64,000 nt of DNA from Chitinophaga pinensis. Its GTDB lineage: Bacteria; Bacteroidota; Bacteroidia; 2-12-FULL-35-15. This document shows positions 58,881 to 64,000 of the stretch, in pieces. Below the pieces are notes generated by a model. That model had not been told where the DNA came from. It saw only the letters and a list, made by a program, of their open reading frames with translations, and searched no databases. The translations under genes and the position numbers were made by a program. The stretch spans positions 47,956 through 111,955 of the forward strand of contig CAMCYR010000001.1 of assembly GCA_945885475.1 (NCBI GenBank). Direction: 5' to 3'. Position 1 is the stretch's first letter. Each line of letters opens with the position of its first letter.

Positions 58881-60191
58881 CTATTCATCAAGTGTTGCAT
58901 AACTAACCATTTGCTCATAAACCGTTTTCCAACCCAACCATATTTTCCTATCATTCAAGGTATCGTTATGCCAAAGACTCATAAACACACCATCAACCTT
59001 TCTTACTTCATCAATTAAAGGCTGAATTTTCATCATCGCATCTTCTGGGCGGATTTTCATACTATATTTCAATGTGCCCTCCATCATCGCAAAAGGATGG
59101 ATCTTCAACTTGGTTTCCAATTCCATGTCGAGATCGTAAAAGTTAAAAGAGGAACAAATACCTGCCCTAAATCCAATCTGTGACGCAAAGCCCATTGTGT
59201 AATCGTCGGTAATATCCAGATCTATAAGATTTCGATACGTTTCAGGAAGTGTCAATTTTAAAAAATGCTGACGGCTTTGCGTCACGTCGCGGTGCAGCAC
59301 TCCAGATAAACGAGTTACTTCTTTCTTTAGCTGTTCTTTACTTTTGTTTGAACCATAAGAAGGATGTATTCCAATTTGAGCATAATCACCTAACATTTTA
59401 ATTAGAGACTGAAACTTTTTACTTTCGATAGGTAAGTTCTTATCATTTAAACCATAGTCACCCAAAAGAAAAAAGTAAATTGCTTTTAACTTATACTTTT
59501 TAATTATTTCTAATTGAAATTGATACGTATCATAGGGATCCTTATCTGTTCCAAACAAAACCCGAGACCGTTCAATAATTTCGGTAAAATCAAATTTCGA
59601 GAACGACTTCAGATACCCACCTAAACTGCGGGTAAATCCTTTTTCGCGGTATGCATAAGCATTATCGATGTCGATGGTTGATACAAATTGATATTTATTT
59701 TTTGAAAATATTAGCTGTGGATATTTTTTAGAAAGTAATTGTTTCATCCATGTAACCCATATATTCACGACAGGTTTTTGCAAGAAGCCATTCAGAAATG
59801 CTAAACTATCTTTCGCGTCAAAACGGTCGTGTTCGTCGCGGATATGTGGTAAATATTCTTCGTAACGACTAACTAAATAAAAACTGGCAGCAAAGATATC
59901 AAATGGCAATGCGGATGATTTTCCAGTTGCAAAAAACACTTTATTATTATTAAAATCAAATACAGAAATATTCTGATCGGTTATTCCGGTTTCAAATAAT
60001 AAATTACGAGAAGTAAAAAACAATTCATCAGCAACAGGATTGATGGTATAACTGATTTTAGGTCCATTGAATATCTTGAACTGCTCGACATCAGCAGTTA
60101 GTGTAAAGTCAATACCAAGTATATCTTTAAAAACTAAATTAAAGATGTACTTATTCCGATGCGTTATCTTATGTGTATATATAAACAACAT
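58881..60191 (-). CDS. Polysaccharide deacetylase-like protein with DUF7033-type N-terminal region
   Basis: DIFAASFYLVSRYEEY, PVVNIW, TIDID, GIHPSY, RQHFL, GFRAG, LWHN. Confidence 0.78.
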   Translation of the reverse strand: MLFIYTHKITHRNKYIFNLVFKDILGIDFTLTADVEQFKIFNGPKISYTINPVADELFFTSRNLLFETGITDQNISVFDFNNNKVFFATGKSSALPFDIFAASFYLVSRYEEYLPHIRDEHDRFDAKDSLAFLNGFLQKPVVNIWVTWMKQLLSKKYPQLIFSKNKYQFVSTIDIDNAYAYREKGFTRSLGGYLKSFSKFDFTEIIERSRVLFGTDKDPYDTYQFQLEIIKKYKLKAIYFFLLGDYGLNDKNLPIESKKFQSLIKMLGDYAQIGIHPSYGSNKSKEQLKKEVTRLSGVLHRDVTQSRQHFLKLTLPETYRNLIDLDITDDYTMGFASQIGFRAGICSSFNFYDLDMELETKLKIHPFAMMEGTLKYSMKIRPEDAMMKIQPLIDEVRKVDGVFMSLWHNDTLNDRKIWLGWKTVYEQMVSYATLDE

Positions 60192-60192
60192 A

Positions 60193-61341
60193 CTACTTAA
60201 TGTTTTTCAATATTTCTTTACAAATAAACCCAGCTGCATTTCCATCACCAAAAAGATCTGGAAACTTTAATTTTTTAGATTTCTTAAAATGAAGAAACGC
60301 TTTAACAATTTTTCCTTCATCAGCATCAGCAATTACGGCAGATCCAGATTTCACTAACTCTGTCCACTCTGTTTCTGAGCGAAGAATAATACATGGCTTA
60401 TTAAAAAAATAAGCCTCTTTTTGTACACCTCCCGAATCGGTCATAATTAAAAAAGAATTCCTCTCCAAAGCGATCATATTAAAAAATGAAACAGGGGAAA
60501 TAATTTTAATCTGTTCATTGGTTTTAACAGCACTATATAAGTCAGGAGTTAAATTTGTCGACAAAAGCTTACTCGTACGGGGATGAAGTGGGATGATTAT
60601 TTTAATTTTACTTTCAACAGAAATCCTGTTGATGCTGCGAAAAAGTGCATTTAAGCGCAAGGGATCATCCGTATTATTATTACGATGAATTGTAACAAGA
60701 ACATATTTTCCTGTTTCAAGATCATTGTCAGACAATACAGTCGTTGAATGATTTGTAAACGAGGAGAAAAACAAACTATTATCGAACATCACATCTCCGC
60801 AATGGTAAATCTTGGGATTATCTAAAGAATAGGGTCCCGGATTATTCTTTTTAAAACCCTCTTTTAGCAGGTTATTAAATCCGGCTTTTGTGGGTGAAAA
60901 TAAAAGTGTAGAAACACGATCACAAATGATCCTGTTGAGTTCTTCGGGCATAGACTTATTAAATGAGCGTAAGCCTGCTTCAATATGAATGATCGGCACC
61001 TGCATTTTAGAAGCGGCAATTGCTCCTGCAAGTGTTGAATTTGTATCTCCATAGAGCACAATGCAGTTTGGTTTTTCTTTTAAAAGGATTTCTTCAATTC
61101 CATCAATCATTGCTGCTGTTTGTTTCCCGTGAGATCCTGAACCAGCATTTAAATTATAATTTGGTTGAGAAATATCCATTTCATCAAAAAACACTTGCGA
61201 CATATTATCATCATAGTGTTGTCCGGTGTGAACGATCACTTCGTGGATTTTATGCGCAAATTTATCTTTAATTGCTCGGCTCAATGCGGCAGACTTTATG
61301 ATCTGAGGACGAGCACCAATAATCGTTAACAACTTAATCAT
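60193..61341 (-). CDS. wecB: Non-hydrolysing UDP-N-acetylhexosamine 2-epimerase (WecB/WbpI family)
   Basis: GARPQIIK, HTGQHYD, GDTNST, HIEAGLRS, PEELNR, TDSGGVQKEA. Confidence 0.92.
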   Translation of the reverse strand: MIKLLTIIGARPQIIKSAALSRAIKDKFAHKIHEVIVHTGQHYDDNMSQVFFDEMDISQPNYNLNAGSGSHGKQTAAMIDGIEEILLKEKPNCIVLYGDTNSTLAGAIAASKMQVPIIHIEAGLRSFNKSMPEELNRIICDRVSTLLFSPTKAGFNNLLKEGFKKNNPGPYSLDNPKIYHCGDVMFDNSLFFSSFTNHSTTVLSDNDLETGKYVLVTIHRNNNTDDPLRLNALFRSINRISVESKIKIIIPLHPRTSKLLSTNLTPDLYSAVKTNEQIKIISPVSFFNMIALERNSFLIMTDSGGVQKEAYFFNKPCIILRSETEWTELVKSGSAVIADADEGKIVKAFLHFKKSKKLKFPDLFGDGNAAGFICKEILKNIK

Positions 61342-61356
61342 TTGAAAACATCTAAA

Positions 61357-62088
61357 TTAATCCCAGCCGGAAGCAAGTACATCACACAGATGCATCATTT
61401 TCATATTTTTTCCGACTTTTTTTGCATACCCATCAATGTGCATTAAACATGAAACATCAGTAGAAATTAAATATTCAGCACCTGTATCCAAAGCGTTATC
61501 AAGTTTTTGTTCACCCATACCTACAGCTATTGGCTCAAACTTCACAGAAAAACTTCCACCAAACCCACAGCAGGTTTCTGAATCTTTCATTTCTCTTAAT
61601 TCAAGGCCTCTCACTTTTTCGAGAAGAACACGAGGTTCACGCTTAATCCCGTATTCATGAAGTGCAGCGCATGAATCGTGGTAAGTAGCGACACCGTTTA
61701 ACGTAGCGCCAAGATCAGTTATTTTCAAAATATTGACCATAAAGTCAGAAAACTCAAAAATATTTTTCTGAATTTGTTTGTATTCGTTATGTAAAACCGA
61801 ATTATGAAACATGTCAGGATAATAATTTTTTATCATTCCAACACAGGAAGCGGAGGGACAAACAATGTAACGATCGTTTTGAAATTCGCGAATAAATTTC
61901 TCGCCTACTTCTTTGCAATCATCCCAATAACCGGCATTAAATGCGGGCTGCCCGCAGCACGTTTGCTCGGGATTATAATTTACACCACAACCAACTTTTT
62001 CTAAAATTTTAACCATATTTAATCCTGTATCAGGATAGATTTGGTCAATAAAACATGGAATAAAAATATCTACAATCATATATTTCAA
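61357..62088 (-). CDS. CCG-domain Fe-S protein (LutA/YkgE-like)
   Basis: FIPCFID, QTCCGQPAFNAG, SASCVG, HDSC, TCCGFGG.FSVK, CLMHI. Confidence 0.88.
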   Translation of the reverse strand: MKYMIVDIFIPCFIDQIYPDTGLNMVKILEKVGCGVNYNPEQTCCGQPAFNAGYWDDCKEVGEKFIREFQNDRYIVCPSASCVGMIKNYYPDMFHNSVLHNEYKQIQKNIFEFSDFMVNILKITDLGATLNGVATYHDSCAALHEYGIKREPRVLLEKVRGLELREMKDSETCCGFGGSFSVKFEPIAVGMGEQKLDNALDTGAEYLISTDVSCLMHIDGYAKKVGKNMKMMHLCDVLASGWD

Positions 62089-62097
62089 ATAACTAAT

Positions 62098-63441
62098 TTA
62101 TATTTTTTTCATTCTAAATAAAAGTAAAAAGCCAAGTACAAAAAACGAAACAAGCGATAGTATCGGTGTTCGCATAGTTGCGCTACATTCATTAATAATT
62201 CCAAATGTTGCCATTCCCAAAACAATACTTAATTTTTCACAAACATCATAAAAACTAAAATAAGAAGCATTGTCGCTAGTCTCGGGCAACATTTTAGAGT
62301 AAGTTGAGCGTGAAAGTGATTGAATTCCGCCCATTACCAAACCAACAAATGCAGCTACTATATAAAAATGGACTGCCGTATAAACGAACAAAAAGGTACT
62401 TAAACAAATTGCGATCCAAAGCAACGTAGCCAATTTAAGTGTAAATAAATTGTCTGTTTTGCGAGAAATGAAAGAGAATAAAAATGATCCTGCCATGGCA
62501 ACAAATTGTATAATCAAAATAGTAGTAATCAATTGACCCGACTCCATTTTTATTTCATCTGAACCAAAGTGATTGGCCACAAGCATTACAGTTTGAACAC
62601 CCATACTGTAAATAAAAAATGCAGGTAAAAAACGCACCAATTGTTTATTGTGTTTTAGATCTTTCCAAATTTTTTTTAATTCTCTAAATCCATGTGTTAA
62701 GTAATGCCCATCAGTTACTACTTTTTTTATAAAATCAGGATTTTTTTTGGGAAGATAATAAAATGTAATCTGAGAGAAACCAAACCACCACAAACCAACC
62801 ATTACAAAGGAAATCCGTGTAGCAAAACCAACATCCGGTGTTACACCATCTTCTTTGTACCAACCAAACCATTCAGGATGAAGCACCATGATTAAATTTA
62901 TAATCAAAAGAAAAGAACTACCAATATATCCCATCGCGAATCCTTTTGCACTTACTTTATCTTGCATTTCAGGAGGAGCAATTTCAGGAAGATAAGAATT
63001 GTAAAAAACTAAACTCCCGGCATATCCAACACAAGCTAAAATCGCTAATAAAAGTCCAACGTACAAACTATATGGATAACTCTTGTCAAAAAAATACAAC
63101 AATGAACATGACACAGCACCTAAATAACAAAAGAATTGCATGAATCGTTTTTTATTTCCACCATAATCTGCTATTCCAGATAAAAGTGGGGATAAAAAAG
63201 CAACAACTAGAAAAGCAAAAGCGATAGCAAAATCGTAAAGGGTTGAATTTTTAAATTCTAAACCAAAAAAGGAAACTATACTCGAAGTTATGTTCCCATC
63301 AATATCCTTTGTAACAGTTTGTGCTTTGTAATAAATTGGGAAGATGGTTGCAGTAATAACTAAATTATATACTGAGTTAGCAAGGTCATAAGTCACCCAA
63401 GCATTAATAATTTTTTTATTCCCTTTTACAATTTCTGACAT
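62098..63441 (-). CDS. MFS transporter (UMF1/Atg22-like)
   Basis: AWVTYDLANSVY, LSGIADY, YNSYLPEIA, GGIQSLSRS; start at MSEIVK (63441). Confidence 0.88.
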   Translation of the reverse strand: MSEIVKGNKKIINAWVTYDLANSVYNLVITATIFPIYYKAQTVTKDIDGNITSSIVSFFGLEFKNSTLYDFAIAFAFLVVAFLSPLLSGIADYGGNKKRFMQFFCYLGAVSCSLLYFFDKSYPYSLYVGLLLAILACVGYAGSLVFYNSYLPEIAPPEMQDKVSAKGFAMGYIGSSFLLIINLIMVLHPEWFGWYKEDGVTPDVGFATRISFVMVGLWWFGFSQITFYYLPKKNPDFIKKVVTDGHYLTHGFRELKKIWKDLKHNKQLVRFLPAFFIYSMGVQTVMLVANHFGSDEIKMESGQLITTILIIQFVAMAGSFLFSFISRKTDNLFTLKLATLLWIAICLSTFLFVYTAVHFYIVAAFVGLVMGGIQSLSRSTYSKMLPETSDNASYFSFYDVCEKLSIVLGMATFGIINECSATMRTPILSLVSFFVLGFLLLFRMKKI

Positions 63442-63457
63442 AGGATTAGGTTTTAAA

Positions 63458-64000
63458 TTATTCTTTAATGATGGTAACTTCCACCCTTCTATTTTGTGCT
63501 TTGTATTCCTCCGAGTCATTTGGAGCGACTGGCTGAGAAGATCCAAGTCCTTTAAAAATCATTTGATTGCTTACTCCATTTGTTTTCAAATAATCATATA
63601 CTACTTTCGCTCTTTCTTTAGAAATTTGCCTTTCCTCTTCTTCGCTTCCAAATTTATCCATGTGTCCGTTAATCTGAATCATAGTTGTGGGATTATCCAT
63701 CAACATTTTCGCTAATTGATCCAGAGCAGTATTAGAAGTACTCATTAATTTGGATGTGGCTTTTTCGAAATATAAATTTTTTATCTCAAATGTTTTACCT
63801 GCATGAAACCCATGCGGTAACCAATTAACCAAACCACCTTCTTTATCAATTTGCAGGGAATCGATTTCAGCAATTTTTTTTCGTAAGGAAATATCATCGA
63901 TATAATAATAGGCTTCCTGAAAAGCGAAAAGACTCCATTTATTTTTTTTAACAAAATCATCCTTCATTTTTGTTCTGAAATTACCGATTATCATAAATTT
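63458..64000 (-). CDS. OmpA-family protein (C-terminal part; 5' end outside window)
   Basis: NLYFE, IQINGH, SKERAKVVYDYL, KGLGSSQP, NRRVE. Frame is open to the window edge. Confidence 0.85.
   Translation of the reverse strand, partial: KFMIIGNFRTKMKDDFVKKNKWSLFAFQEAYYYIDDISLRKKIAEIDSLQIDKEGGLVNWLPHGFHAGKTFEIKNLYFEKATSKLMSTSNTALDQLAKMLMDNPTTMIQINGHMDKFGSEEEERQISKERAKVVYDYLKTNGVSNQMIFKGLGSSQPVAPNDSEEYKAQNRRVEVTIIKE

Overview
Gene-dense, AT-rich core-genome segment of a Bacteroidota bacterium. The assignment rests on type IX secretion cargo and PorP/SprF, TonB-dependent receptors, DUF3822-rsmD-coaD and rsfS-ftsH-LUD-cdsA synteny, and TAnnTTTG -7 promoter boxes. About 51 protein-coding genes are supported, two cut by the window edges. 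They include housekeeping genes (pyrE, birA, ftsH, cdsA, gdhA, mqnA, pyrG, hemW, rluB, yidC, psd, upp), a 2855-aa SprB-repeat adhesin with its porP/sprF partner, Fe-S assembly genes and a glycan-modification cluster (wecB, two deacetylases, AAC(3)-like, GNAT/FemAB-like). I found no tRNA, rRNA, CRISPR array, transposase, integrase or phage gene. The most notable observations: (i) RsfS fused to an 80-aa histone-H1-like Lys-rich arm; (ii) a family of GTCAT-tagged REP doublets whose stems show all four Watson-Crick pairs at one position; (iii) a secreted Cys/Lys-rich decapeptide-repeat microprotein; (iv) an SGNH lipoprotein lacking its catalytic Ser and oxyanion Asn; (v) a nested duplication in a histidine-kinase sensor domain; (vi) several apparently leaderless genes with the -7 box 4 nt before the start codon; (vii) a two-deacetylase/two-acyltransferase glycan module without glycosyltransferases. 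All family assignments come from motif recognition by eye; no database search was run.
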